A stretch of 63,752 nucleotides of DNA, the filler included, from Octopus bimaculoides (taxonomy: Eukaryota), in assembly GCF_001194135.2 (NCBI RefSeq). It is 3 parts of 3 records of this genome, joined end to end, with 100 filler letters (N's around TTAATTAATTAA, not from the genome) between each part and the next. Parts side by side here need not be neighbours in the genome. Positions count along the whole stretch, not along the records: positions 1 to 31,280 come from NC_068991.1; positions 31,381 to 51,224 come from NC_068988.1; 1 more part is not named here. One strand, 5' to 3'. Position numbers and translations under genes: made by a program. The notes beneath the pieces were generated by a model. That model was not told the DNA's origin. It saw only the letters and a program-made list of their open reading frames with translations, and did no database searches. Position 1 is the stretch's first letter, and each line of letters starts with the position of its first letter. This document shows positions 25,122 through 37,863 of this stretch, in pieces.

Positions 25122-26262
25122 CTAAAGGATATTCAGCTGTGGTTTATAGTTTTTAATCAGTATGCTTTCCTTATTTAAACAGAATAGGGTTGAAGGGCAT
25201 TGATAGAGAGGGCAGATTTGGTATTTAGGGTTTATGTCTACGGGACATTGGTCTACGTGCTTGCTTACAGGAATTTTTTCTAGTAGTTGGGTCCCGGATA
25301 CGTCGCCTGTGCACTGTAAGTCTATCCCTCAAAGTTAAGCTAGTTTGACCAATGTAGTAACCACCATAACCTCCAGATTAAGTTTTTCGAAACACAAGTG
25401 AAGTCATATATTATGGTAAACGTTTGACATGACTTAAATTTGTATGTTGAGCCCGCTAAGAGGAAGATGCAAGTTCCGCAATTAGGGCAGTGGCACTTTT
25501 TGATTTGTGGGCTTGTATTTTTAGTGGGAAATTTGGCGCTGGTGAGTAATTTGTTTTAGGAATTGTGATTGTCACTTGCCTTTAATAATCCTATGTGTTT
25601 CTAGTGTCTTTTTCATTCGTGGGTCCTTTATAAGGAGGGAGATGTTTTGGTGGATGATGTTGTTTGTTTCCATGTTTCTTGGATTGTGTGTTGATGCGTA
25701 AGTTAGAGCTTTAAGTGCCTCATGGTGTTTTCTTGTTTTCCGTAACTCTTGGATGGCTATCATTTTTATACGTTCTCTTCCATTTTTGATTAGATTTGCT
25801 TGATGTTTTCTATCTAGTAATGTGTTTTTAAGTTCTTAGAGTCGCTTTTCTCGGGTTTCGGGATTTGATGCAATCGTGCAAATTCTTCTCGCTAAGTTGA
25901 ACGGTATATTTATTTGAGTATGTTTTGGTTGGCAAGAGGCGAATAGAAGATATAGTTTTGAGTCTGTTGGTTTGAAGAAGGTGTCAGCTTCCATTTCAGT
26001 ATATCTCTTTATTATTAAGATGTCCATGAAGGGTAGTTGTTTGTGGCTGCATTCCATTGTAAACTGGATTCTGTGGTTAATACTATTGATTAAGTATTTA
26101 AATTTTGAGATTTGAGCAAGGTTATGTGGCCACAGATTGAAACAATCGTCCAGGTAGCGTTTCTAGTTGGTGAATAAGTATTTTTGAAAGTTGTCTCCAA
26201 ATTTCAATCTAGCGTGTTCGTATATTTGGACTTCCAAGTATGCCATGACAACTTTAGCCAAA
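25122..26262 (-). mobile_element. Penelope-like retroelement remnant (Neptune/Penelope-type): RT C-half, Zn finger and GIY-YIG
   Basis: MAYLE...KRYLDDCF (RT active site); LPFMDILI...FKPTD..YL.F.SCQP.H...IP..LARRICTI; CHCPNCGTC..FTCVSKNL; YIGQTSLTLRDRLTVHRRRI..PVSKH...KE..LIK.YKPQLN then stop at 25122-25124. Confidence 0.9.
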
Positions 26263-26820
26263 GACGTCGGAATAATTTACAACTTCAAATCTAATCACAA
26301 ACAGTATCAGTTAGACCAGATAATCATTCAACTAGATGAAAGCGGTAAATATAACATCACCCTAATTGACGCTAATCGATAAATCAAAACATCTTGGGAC
26401 TCTGTGACACCATCTGCTATTTCTAACGGCTGGCACTACACTGGTCTCACCCCAAAACCCGAAAGCACAGACACAGAAGTGGAAAACAGTGATGACGACG
26501 TCTATATACCACTAGCAAAACTGATTAAACAAACTGCTACTAAGCTTAATACTGACCTTTCATTCATGATGAGTGCAGATAATTTCATTAGCTTCGACGA
26601 CAAATTAAAAAAAACTCTTGCTGAGATGACCGATCAAGATATTATTGACGAGGTGAAACCGCTAGAACAAACTGATGAGGAGAAATCCGCACCAAAACCT
26701 AAACCTACAACTCAAAATATAAGCAACGCTCTGAATCTTTTTCGTGATTCGATAGAAACAGAAGAAGATATGACTACTAAAGATTTATTACTTTTAGGAA
26801 AGTTAGAAAAAATGTTTTAA
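26263..26820 (+). mobile_element. pogo/Tigger (CENP-B-like DDE) transposase C-terminal remnant
   Basis: DVGIIYNFKSNH...ITLIDA..IKTSWDSVTPSAISNGWHYTGL followed by an acidic tail (..DNFISFDDKL...MTDQDIIDEV...NALNLFRD). There is one stop at 26380-26382. Confidence 0.8.
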
Positions 26821-27235
26821 TACTAACAAAAATTTGAAATATATGCAAAGAAATATATTACATTTTTTCACAAAATAAATTTTGAAAAAATGTTTGTGTT
26901 CTTTATTGTTTATCATTAAAATGTATTTGTTCAACAATAAAACATTTGTTAAAAATACTTCAACTAAAATGTAAAGGATAATCACATTACATTATAACTG
27001 ATGTTATAGCAGGGGTGTAAATAGCAGAGAGGAGGGGACAAGAACAAGAAGAGCAATATCTTCTTTTTCTCTTTCCTCTCAAATTGAAAATTTATCCTTT
27101 CTTTTTTTTAGAAGATTTTATATGAAAATTTTGTTTACACATCAAATATCTGGTTTTGGCTACTTCCCACTTTCCAGAAATTAGCTACGCTACTATGTTC
27201 TAAAAAAAATATACTATATGATTGGCTTTATATCT

Positions 27236-27329
27236 ACTGTAGAAAACCTTCCTTAATTTACCGCCACACCCGTTAAACCGCCGATTTGTCATAGTTCCGT
27301 TGGTGGCGGTATAAGGAGGGTGGAATGTA
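27236..27329. repeat. Imperfect inverted repeat, probable 3' terminus of the pogo/Tigger element
   Basis: ccttccttaatttaccgcc ... ggcggtataaggagggtggaatg followed by TA. The position fits the terminus of the upstream transposase remnant. Confidence 0.45.
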
Positions 27330-28826
27330 TGCATATAAGTTTAAATCGAGGTAAAACAGTTTCATTAAAGGATAGAAAATATCCAATGAATTACCGGTTG
27401 GTTGCATATGATATGTGTTTTGTGAATAGTAATATTCCTAAAATAATAGGTTTAAGTATAAATCTTGTTTTATAAATATCCAAATTAAAACTCAGAAAAT
27501 GGAGATGTAGCATTAATATAAATTATTAAATGCAAACATTCAACATGTTCTCTTACAGCTATTTTGATTTTTCCCAAAGAACTACATACCGTTAGCTTAT
27601 TAGATGTTATTCTTCCAAAACATCTCAACAGTTAATAAATCATGTGAATGCTACATCTCCATCTTCTGGATTTTGATTTGTATATATATATATACATATA
27701 ATTATGCATACACAGATATATACATATGCACATTCAGATATACGTATAAAGGTTCATATATGCGCGTGAGCGTGTGTATATGTTTGTGCGTGTGTATGTG
27801 TGTATGTCACTTCCTGTGTACTGTTCAATGTTAAAAAGAAATTCTATAGCAAACTATAAATGCTCTGTACAAGTATTTTGCAGTGCTATCATTGTGTTAT
27901 ATTCGTTGTTCAAGCTCATATAAAAAATACATACTAATATCCCGACACTGTGTAAACAAATTTGCTGAGATACGCCAATAAATTATCCCCCTTTGTCATT
28001 AGTAGTCGACAGCCATTGCTGTAAGGTGTTTGTACACAGCTTCTCTAAGTGACTATAATTTCAATGAATCAATTATATTAAATTATAAAATGAATTAAAA
28101 AAGAGATGGAAGGAAGAAAAATGTGATATTATGCCTGATAGAGAGTACAATATGAAAGAAAATAGAACAAAGAAGAGAAAACGAGAGAAGACAGGATGGT
28201 GATTTGTGTTGGTTGAACAGTAAATAAAAATTAACTCAAGATTGTGTAAAATCGCTAATGATGTTCAGTATTCAAATATATGTGTTTGAAAACATAAAAT
28301 CGCAGATATTTATACATATGCATATATAAAATATATATTATACAACACACACCCCCATAGATAGATACATATATATATATATATATATATANNNNNNNNN
28401 NATATATGTGTTTGAAAACATAAAATCGCAGATATTTATACATATGCATATATATATAAATTCAAAGATATAGATAGATATATAGATATAATATTATATG
28501 ATATTTTATACACATATATCTAAATGAGTAAAGTATACAAATATATAGTTTGCGAAGTGTAAATATTAACTCATATCAAAGAATTAGCTAAAGCTGATAA
28601 ATATCTCAATAACAGATGAAGTTACTGTAACTGTTGCACTTGGATATACACGATTGTCGAAAAAAAAACTTTTGATACACACGTATCATACAGAATTATC
28701 TAATTTAAAGAATTACGTTGTTTTCTATTCGATAGGTAAACCCTGAGTTCACATCATTGGATTTCATACTACATACAAGAAAAATGGATAATTATACATC
28801 TACAAAGCTTGTCTATTAAAATATTA

Positions 28827-29165
28827 TTACCTCCGCCTTAGCGAAGTCGGAGGTATTGTTTTCAGTCGTGTTTATTTGTTCGTCCGTGGAAAAGATATCT
28901 CAAGAACCGCTGGATGGATTCGGATGAAACGTTCAGGGATGATTAGCCTCATTACTGGTACGAACGGATTAGATTTTGGGATCGATCCTGTTTCTTACTT
29001 AATTTTTGAGAGCCGTCAGGTTCATTTTTAGTATTCTCATTTGTGAGCGCAGTCGAATTTATTTCAGATATTCTCATTTCAAAAAAAAAAAGTCATCTCA
29101 GGATAATCATTGACAGGTTGTTGGTGTTGCCTTGGTGAAGGTTTGCGCTCTGTAAGTGCTCTTCT
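28827..29165 (+). mobile_element. Helentron-associated non-autonomous element (DINE-1/HINE-like)
   Basis: Starts ttacctccgcc..cggaggtattgttttc, has tggatggattcggatgaaa inside, and ends gccttggtgaaggtttgcgctctgtaagtgc. This is the typical subterminal inverted repeat layout. Confidence 0.65.
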
Positions 29166-30060
29166 TCTCATTAGATTCACACTAGGTTTCAATTCGTCTC
29201 GTGTTTTAGTTGCCATTGTCCTTAGAAGTAGCGTTTAGTTGGTTCAGTTACAGTAATACTCATCCAGCAAAAGTATTCCTTGGAAGAATTGATCAAGGTT
29301 CTACCTATGCAGATAAGTGAAGCGAACTGAGGATTCAAGAATTGAATAGTCCTTCTCTTAGTATATTCTAGGTGAGGGATCATAAAACCTCAAGATCAGT
29401 GACATAGAGTTTCGTTGAAGTACGATATGACATGATTACATTTCTTGTCTTACTTAAATTCCGACAACTACTACGTTATTAAAGGCCAAATAATAATTAG
29501 TGTTGTTAACGGAGATGTACTTACCTTAAAATTATCACTAAAACAAGCAACTGGATTTTACAAATACAATTTTACACCAATAATATTTCTCAGACAAGAT
29601 GTAATTTAAAGTCAGACTGGTTAGTAAGAAAACACAATTATTTACTCTGATAGGGATGGGGAACGACATATTCAAATTTGGGAGGTTGTGGAACATTTAG
29701 TGAAAGTTGTTAAGAGCAAGTTGGACGACAAGTGTCGATGTAGTTATTCAAACGTTCATTTATTTGTGTGCTACGCTCCGAAAAGTGACATATCAGGCTG
29801 TAAAAGATGCATTTCAAAGCAAATTTTAAGGCGAAGTTAGAATTATAGAAATATGTGATTTGATGTGGCTACCGGTTAATTTTAGTGTGAAGATTTGGGT
29901 TAGTAATAATTTTGAGCGAAGGAATTCATTCAAGAAACTGGTAGTTATATACTGGAGAAGAGGTAGCAACTTCAAATATATACTTTAACTATTTACCACT
30001 TAAAATGTTTAACAGATGTGAACAAATCACTCTTTATCGTGGACCTACTATGCATTGTAT

Positions 30061-30362
30061 AGAGGCGCAATGGCCCAATGGTTAGGGCAGCGGACTCGCA
30101 GTCAGAGGATCGCGGTTTCGATTCCCAGACCGGGCGTTGTGAGTGTTTATTGAGCAAAAACACCTAAGCTCCACGAGGTCCCGGCAGGGAGTGGTGTCGA
30201 CCCCTGTTCTACTCTTTCTCCCCAACTTTCGCTCACTCTTCCTTTCTGTTTCTTGAGTAACGCTGCGATGGACTGGCATCCCGTCCAGCTGGGGGGAACA
30301 CATACGCCATAGAAACCGGAAAACCGGGCCCATGAGCCTGGCTAGGCTTTGAAAGGGCGAGG
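30061..30362 (+). mobile_element. tRNA-derived SINE with a family A head and a Meta-domain-like body
   Basis: The head is shared with 14321-14691. The body gctgcgatggactggcatcccgtccag...ccatagaaaccgg resembles, from memory, the MetaSINE conserved domain. Confidence 0.75.
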
Positions 30363-31280
30363 TTAATCATTTTTTTACTATCCTTTGTATGTATGAAGAA
30401 AAAAAAAATTCATCCTTGAAGCATGCTCAAAAATGGAAAGCGTTGGTATTTTAAGGACATAATTCTATTGTGTTTGATGTGGGAAGGAGTGCAATTTTCG
30501 TGGCACGTCATATGACCTCCGAGAGTAGTTGGCGAGAAGGAGGAAGTTATCCTGGAAACCAGAGACCTAGCCTGAATATTTGAGTAGGTTCTGCAAAATG
30601 TACCAAAGATGAAAAGTAGTGTTATTAAACGAGGAAATGGATAAAGTCTACAACACAATTAGGCCACAAAGGGGTTTAAATTCAAACAGTATAGAAGACG
30701 AAACAAATATCTCGAAATAGCCCATTCGTTGTTCTTGTCGTGCCAACGACCCATCGCACGATCAGTATATTTTTGAGGGCTGAATGTTTGAACAACCATT
30801 AGATATTTCAACCGATGACCCTGCTAATTGGCGACCTAAATGTTTTCTGGCAGCCATTGATCACTTAGAATTCTTCATTTATTATTTTGATTGCAATGAC
30901 ACAACATTATTAGTTTTATATGATCAAAGCAGGGATTTACAGTTTGCTTTTCACTGAACGCGACAGAGAACAACCATTAGCTTTGCTGTAAAGTGCAAAA
31001 TACAGCGGGAGAACATAAAAGAAGGTAATGGAATTACTGCAACGTAAACCGAGACATACAAAACAAAAAATTCTGCATTATTTACTCATAGCTATTTTTA
31101 CAGATAAAAAAAAAACTTGTTTCATTAGTTTCTACCATTTTGCTGAAAAGTTTGATAAAGCAGAGCAGTAATATAATTTTTGCATTAAGAAGGGTGTATA
31201 CATAGGTATGTATGAATGTATGTACATGTATATATGCATTAATATCTATCTATTTATTTATTCATATATATATATATATA

Positions 31281-31380
31281 NNNNNNNNNNNNNNNNNNNN
31301 NNNNNNNNNNNNNNNNNNNNNNNNTTAATTAATTAANNNNNNNNNNNNNNNNNNNNNNNNNNNNNNNNNNNNNNNNNNNN
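31281..31380. other. Artificial scaffold-join spacer (44 N + TTAATTAATTAA + 44 N)
   Basis: Exactly 100 bp with an all-frame-stop 12-mer in the centre. An identical construct is at 51225-51324. Confidence 0.92.
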
Positions 31381-31413
<33 letters not shown>

Positions 31414-32134
31414 GTATATATGCATATGCTTAGATATATATATAGAGCATCCTTACTGAACATGGAAAGCGACTGAACTGCAGTGATCGTCTTGAGAAAG
31501 TTTCTTTTCATTGATAGTAACAGAGGAAACGTGTGCAGTAGCAGTGGTAGAAAGGCTAAATCATGATATTTGACTTATATCCAATACTGAAGAGACCTAA
31601 TCGTATGCAAAAATATTACTATTCACACACACATACCATCACTCATATTTTTGCTACGTTTTCCATTTCGGTTTATAATATAGAAATGCCCTCGTAGTAT
31701 CTGTACAACAACAATTGTTATCTCTAACTCAGAGAAGTAACACATACTGTTGAATAATACTAATCTAGCAAACACAGTAAATAAGTTAGCTAAGTGATTT
31801 AATAAATCATCTCCATTATGTCATCTCTCTGCATTCTATAAAAATAGAAGAAACAAGTAAAGATGAAAACTTACAAAACGTCAAATGCTGTTAATACAGA
31901 ACATCGTTTCGAGAATAAAGTCGACAAATATATATTTCTCTTTGGTTTGTTGAGAAATATGACATATTGCAATTGAAATTGTTCTCACTATTGGAATCTA
32001 TATTTCTTTGAAAACATGTTTCAGTATTTATTAGAGAATGCCTGATGATATATTATGAAGATAATCAGCACATATTGAGCACAAGTATGATACTAACGAA
32101 TCAATGACACTTTTTCCATTTTATCTTATCTTTT

Positions 32135-32490
32135 ACTGTTTTCAGTCAGTAGACTGCGGCTATGCTGGGGCACCGCATTGAACAATATTGAGCCGAATGA
32201 ATCGGATCTAGTACTTATTCTTTCTGACCCTTTTGCCGAACCGGTAATCTACGAGGTTGTAAACACACGAACATTTGTTGTCTACTGGTGGCAAGTGACA
32301 AACACAAACACGAAGGCAACCCCCCCCCCACACACACACACATAGCTTGTTTCAATTTCCGCCTACCAAATCCACTCACAAGTATTTGGTCGGTCCGACC
32401 CTACCACAGACACATGCCTTATGTGAAACGCACTAGGACTGGAAACGGAACCATGTGCCTGGCTAACACACTTCTTACTACACAGCCACT
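32135..32490 (-). mobile_element. tRNA-derived SINE, family B (degenerate, near full length)
   Basis: Head agtggctgtgtagtaagaagtgtg, centre ttgtgagtggatttggtaggcggaaa, 3' end gcggtgccccagcatagccgcagtc. Confidence 0.8.
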
Positions 32491-32661
32491 TCTAATAATT
32501 ATTTCTTATTTGGGCACAAAGCTAGCATTTCTTTCGACCTAAGCATATTATTTTGAACCTAAAGTGACGAATGACGAAGTCAAACTTGAGTTTTGAAATC
32601 AGTAAAATGCCGGAAGAAGCTTTGCAAGACATTTTGTCAATGCTCTAACGACTCGGCAATT

Positions 32662-32763
32662 CAGTCGGCCAATGATAACGAGTCGGCCAATGGGAACGAG
32701 TCGGCCAATGATAACGAGTCGGCCAATGAGAATGGATCGTCCTATGATAGCGAGTCGTCCCAT
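32662..32763. repeat. 18-bp minisatellite (gagtcggccaatgataac), 4 good and about 2 degenerate units
   Basis: Direct inspection. It abuts the head of a degenerate family C SINE (32500-32660). Confidence 0.9.
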
Positions 32764-33560
32764 CTATTGTCTGTAAGGATTTAAGAACTTTTGCTGGGTA
32801 TGTTTGACTTAAACGGCTTAGGATAAATATAATACTCGTTTCGAGAGAAGCGTACGTATGACTGCTTATTTATATACGTGCACATGATTAGAGATAGTTA
32901 TTTTCTGTTGAAATATGAAATAATTGACACTAATTTAATTTTAAGTAACATGTAGAAAATTAATTATGGGGTAGAGCACACGAGTAATATGATTTATTAA
33001 AGTGTTAGGGGAAAGCATGTGGTTCTACTTATTATCATTAATTCCTGATTATTAATTCCAACGAACTTAATTTGAATAAATTGTTTCTCACGGACCTTGC
33101 TGAAGTTAGATACCATATTAAACTACTAATGCAAAGCTCTGTCTATCAGAAAAAGGAATGACAAGAGAAAAGTTGGAAGAAGGGAAAGTAATCTAGGGAC
33201 ACATAAGGCACTAAAGTCAAGTTCCTTTATTTATATATGCAGAGAAAAAGTTGACAGTTATATAAGAAATGACATTAAGCATTTCGTTCAGTGTAGTAAC
33301 GATTCTGCCAGCCCGCTGACGTAAGGTCAATCTATGTATACTTACCTACAGAAGAAGAGAACATCCCATTTTCTCTGCCTTTTCGACTTTCGTTATTATA
33401 CCTTTTCTGTTCTTTCTCATGAACAGCATATCTTTCTGTGAATGTCAACTGTTAGTCTTTGTCATCCTCTCTGACGGACATTACATAGACCAGGATTTAA
33501 AGTGCACCGACATGATATTTATGAAGATGTGGTTCTGTTATTCATGCTTACTGACTGTAA

Positions 33561-33800
33561 AAGTGCGTGACCTACTGGTTAAGGAGTTGCACTCAAGATC
33601 GTAAAACTGTGGTTTCGATTCCAAGATTGGGCGGTATGTTCTATTATTGAAAAAGAAAATAAAAGTTCACGATGCCACAATCCATTCAGGAGTAATATGA
33701 GATCACGCAATAGCTGGGAAGGCAGCCGTACGATAGACCAGCGTCCTGTCCTTTGTGTAGGAATATTGTAATCCTGCCATAGAAATCGAGTTGATCTCGA
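33561..33800 (+). mobile_element. Old degenerate SINE with a tRNA-like head and Meta-like body
   Basis: ggtttcgattcc B-box-like motif. The segments gtacgatagaccagcgtcctgtcc and ccatagaaatcg parallel the 30061 copy. Confidence 0.55.
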
Positions 33801-34815
33801 GTTCTATGATACTTATGTCTCACAAGAGAGAGAAGCAACGAGAGACAGCGAGAGAGTGAGTGATAGTGAGAGAGAGAGAAGGAGAGTAAGAGAGTGAGAG
33901 AGAAAGCGAGAGTGAGTGAGAGAGAATAAGAACGGGAGTGAAAGAGTGAAAGTGAGAGTGAGAGAGAGACAGAGTAAGAGGTGTATTTACATAACGAATT
34001 TGAAAGAAGCTAGAATAAGAATTGACATTATATTTTACTTAGACATCTATGTAGGTTCTCTATGCTTGTTCCACGTGATTCTAAGCACACGCACGCACAT
34101 ACATATTACCCATGGTTCTATGCTGCGTGTCCAAGATTTTGTAATCTCTATGATCTTATAAATTATTCCACATGCACGCAAATACATACACAGACACACA
34201 CACACACACACACACAGAGGCACGTACACAGAGGCACACACACACTCGTCCAGCCACACGAAACCGCATACTTATTAACAATTTCATGCTTAGGAATAGT
34301 CATGTAAATGCATACATACCTACATACATACATATAGATACATACATACATATAGATACATACATATATACATATATACATGCATACTTGCATGTTTGTA
34401 TACATGCACACATACGTTCATCTAGGGATCATTCTTTAACTAATCCAATCAGTGTTATGATTTCTACTTATCGATCTCCTAATAAAATATGGTTCACAGG
34501 TCACACATAATACCATTTAGAAATACCAGTGTATGAATATTTTATATAGTAATCTAATTACCTTATACGCACAATTTTTACATAATTTGTTTATGCATGG
34601 ATAACCATAGGTATGTAGATACAGAGACATGCATGCGCACACATATATTTTGATACATGTACATACATATATACATACATACACACAAATGCTCGCACAC
34701 GCATATATGTACACATATGTATGTGTATGTGTATGTATATATATATATATATATTAAATATACATATATAAATGTATAATATATATATATATACACAAAT
34801 ATATATGTACTTATG

Positions 34816-34873
<58 letters not shown>

Positions 34874-35244
34874 TAATGCTTGTTTACGATGGATTGCGGA
34901 AATTGAAATAGTATTAGAGTGTCTAAGAAAGGCCTCTACAGCATTGTGATATACAGTATTATGAAAATTAATAACAGCAAAATGGGGATGTGAAACGAGG
35001 TGCAGACATTAAAACATCTCGCGAAAGTTAAGAGTGTTCGGGGCCGTTGAAGGAAAATTGCATAATGGAAAAACATAATGTTGCAAAGTGTTTGGAATTT
35101 TAACTTAAATTCAGTAACTGATGTATTCAAATTATTCTAGTTTCCATATGTGTCTTCGGAGAAAATATACAGGAAATTTAATTTGGCCTTTAGCAGTATA
35201 AGATTTGTTGATATAATATATAATTCGGAACAACGATATGTTAT

Positions 35245-36072
35245 TTAATAACTCTTTCTAATTTTAGCACAATGCGAGTAATTTTGAGGGGAGGAGGCTA
35301 ACTCCATTTTATCGATCCCAGGACTTGCGCAGTAAGTAGGTATTTTATCAACCTCGGAAATGTGAAGGACATTCGGCCTTTACTGAATTCGAACTCAGAA
35401 CGTAATGACTCGGGGCAAATACCGCAAAACAATTTTTTTAACGCTCTAACAATTCTTATTTCTTTATTGCCCACAAGGGGTTAAACATAGAGGGAACAGA
35501 CAAGGACATACACAGGGATTAAGTCGATTACATCGACCCAGTGCGGAACTGGTACTTAATTTATCGATCCCGAAAGGATGAAAGGCAAAGTCTACCCCGG
35601 CGTAATTTGAACTCAGAACGTAACGGCTGACGAAATACCGCTAAGCATTTGGCCCGACGTGCTAACGATTCTACCAGCTCGCCGCCTTGATGTGTTATTT
35701 AGAAGACCTTTCTGCTGAGAGCACAAGGAATGAAATATTGGTGGAGAGCACTAGTCGATTACATCGAGCCCAGTGTTTCACTCCGAATGGGTAAAAGATA
35801 AAGTCCACACGGCGTGCTAACGATTTTGTTAGTTCATCGCCTTAATATTGCTATTTAATAGTGCTTTCTACAATAAGTACGTGGACTTAAACATTTGGGG
35901 AAGGCGGGTAGTCTGTTATGTCGACTCCAGCGCTGCATTGTTATGTGCTTCATCAACTGCGAAACGATGACAAGCAAAGTAAACATCGGTGGAATTTGAA
36001 CCCAGAAGTAAAGACGGGGGAATGCCGCTAAGAATTTCCTCCGACGTGCTAACAAATCTACCTGCTATCTGC
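35245..36072 (-). mobile_element. Head-to-tail array of four family C SINE copies
   Basis: Copies at about 35245-35455, 35460-35688 (best preserved; head ggcggcgagctggtagaatcgttagc, B box gagttcaaatt), 35710-35843 and 35862-36072, all on the same strand. Confidence 0.85.
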
Positions 36073-37730
36073 TTTGGTATAACAGCATCCTCCGTCTTTC
36101 ATAACAGTATCCTCCGTCTTTCAAGGTTAATCTTTTTTCAGGCCATGTAGAGGCAGATTTGGGCCTGGTCATCCGGCTTGAAATTCCAATAATTCATGTG
36201 CGCTCTACCAGGTTTGGCAAGCTGGTGCTATTTCATGACTGCACATCTTGCCCATCAATGATGTCGATGTTTATTCAAAGGAAAGGCTACTGATTTGGAT
36301 TGAGACATCTTTGCACGAGTGTCGTTGTGTATGTTGCTGTCGGATCATATATCACAGAGCCTTACTGTTTACTCTTACCGTTTTCAATTTTTAAATTGTG
36401 TTCCAGTTGTTTTCAAATTTATTTTACTGGTGTAGTTTTGTATGCTAATTATGACAATAATTAGTTTTGAAAACATTCAATAAATTCGTAAATAATACAT
36501 TAATAGCTATTATAATTTGAAGATTTTGGGTAAGGGTAGCCAATCAAATGTCATAAAAATTGGTGTCTGTTTCCATAAGTAACAAGCCAAGATGCTGTCT
36601 ATATAAATCTACTAGGGTACTACCACTACGTGAGGGGAAGATTTTAACAGATACAGAAGAATCTTTTAATTGACTGAAGGTTGAAAGAGAAAGTTGGCCT
36701 CGGCGGGATTTGAACTCCGAACATACCATAACATAATATATAAGCAGTAATATGTGATGGGTTTTTTGTGTGTGTTGGCAAAAGGTTTTATTGCGGATTT
36801 TTCCTTATTGAAGTTTTTTCACATACCATTTCCATATTTTGCTTTGCATTATTTTATCAGACAAATCATATACAGGCTTTTCTGTTGGTGTCACAAATTT
36901 TGGAATTTTAAAATGAAGAGAAAATTTTCAGATTTGGTATTTTGATGTAGTTTCTCACGCTGAAGCTGATTTTGTTATTCACTTGTTGCAGAAAGTACTG
37001 CTTTTACAGTATGTTATAGTATGTTCGCAGTTCGAATCCCGCGGAGGCCAACTTTACATTTCTACACTCAGGCAATTACTAGGGTCGAGCCTATCTCAAA
37101 TTTTTATCTTTGTGCCTATATAAGAAACCATTCCAAAATACATATTTTAATTTTTCTCTAAAAATGCCAGGTTAACAAAGGTTCAGGTTTTCAATCTATA
37201 GTATAATTATTCAGCGTAAAGCAAGATTATATATATATATATATATATATATATNNNNNNNNNNNNNNNNNNNNNNNNNNNNNNNNNNNNNNNNNNNNNN
37301 NNNNNNNNNNNNNNNNNNNNNNNNNNNNNNNNNNNNNNNNNNNNNNNNNNNNNNNNNNNNNNNNNNNNNNNNNNNNNNNNNNNNNNNNNNNNNNNNNNNN
37401 NNNNNNNNNNNNNNNNNNNNNNNNNNNNNNNNNNNNNNNNNNNNNNNNNNNNNNNNNNNNNTAGATAGATAGATAGATAGATAGATAGATATAGATATAG
37501 ATATAAACAGCGCCTTACACTTTTTGCATTCAATATTCTATTAACGTTGAAAATTATTATGTATCTTATGACATCAAACTTAGAATACCATGTTACCCAT
37601 GTGATGGTGTATATTATTTTCAGTTCTGTTACCAGATGCAATGTTGGATTTGTTGTTGCTCAGCCACAGAATTAATTAAGTAATTAATAATAATAATTAT
37701 AATAATAATAAGAATAATAATTGAGCACGT

Positions 37731-37863
37731 CACACATCCTACGCAAAACACTGTCAATGCAGTAACCATAAGAGCATCACAGCAAACCACAGCACATACC
37801 CAAAGCACACAGAGCTGCGCTCGGTAGTGAAGTGAAAGCACGTTATAAAAGTAAAACTACTGA
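37731..37863 (+). mobile_element. R4/Dong-like LINE 3' end (5'-truncated) in a (TAA)n context
   Basis: Nearly identical to 44545-44675 (..HILRK.LS.Q* plus 3' UTR). TAA repeats lie on both sides. Confidence 0.85.

Noticed and set aside
28258-28452. Exact direct repeat of about 50 bp either side of a 10-N gap
   Set aside because: This is a typical contig-overlap artefact.
29525-29616. Minus-strand exon candidate with a strong AAG|GTAAGT donor
   Set aside because: No frame is open across the interval.
30420-30760. Possible Tc1/Tc3 HTH remnant
   Set aside because: Only scattered residues match and there are no catalytic motifs.
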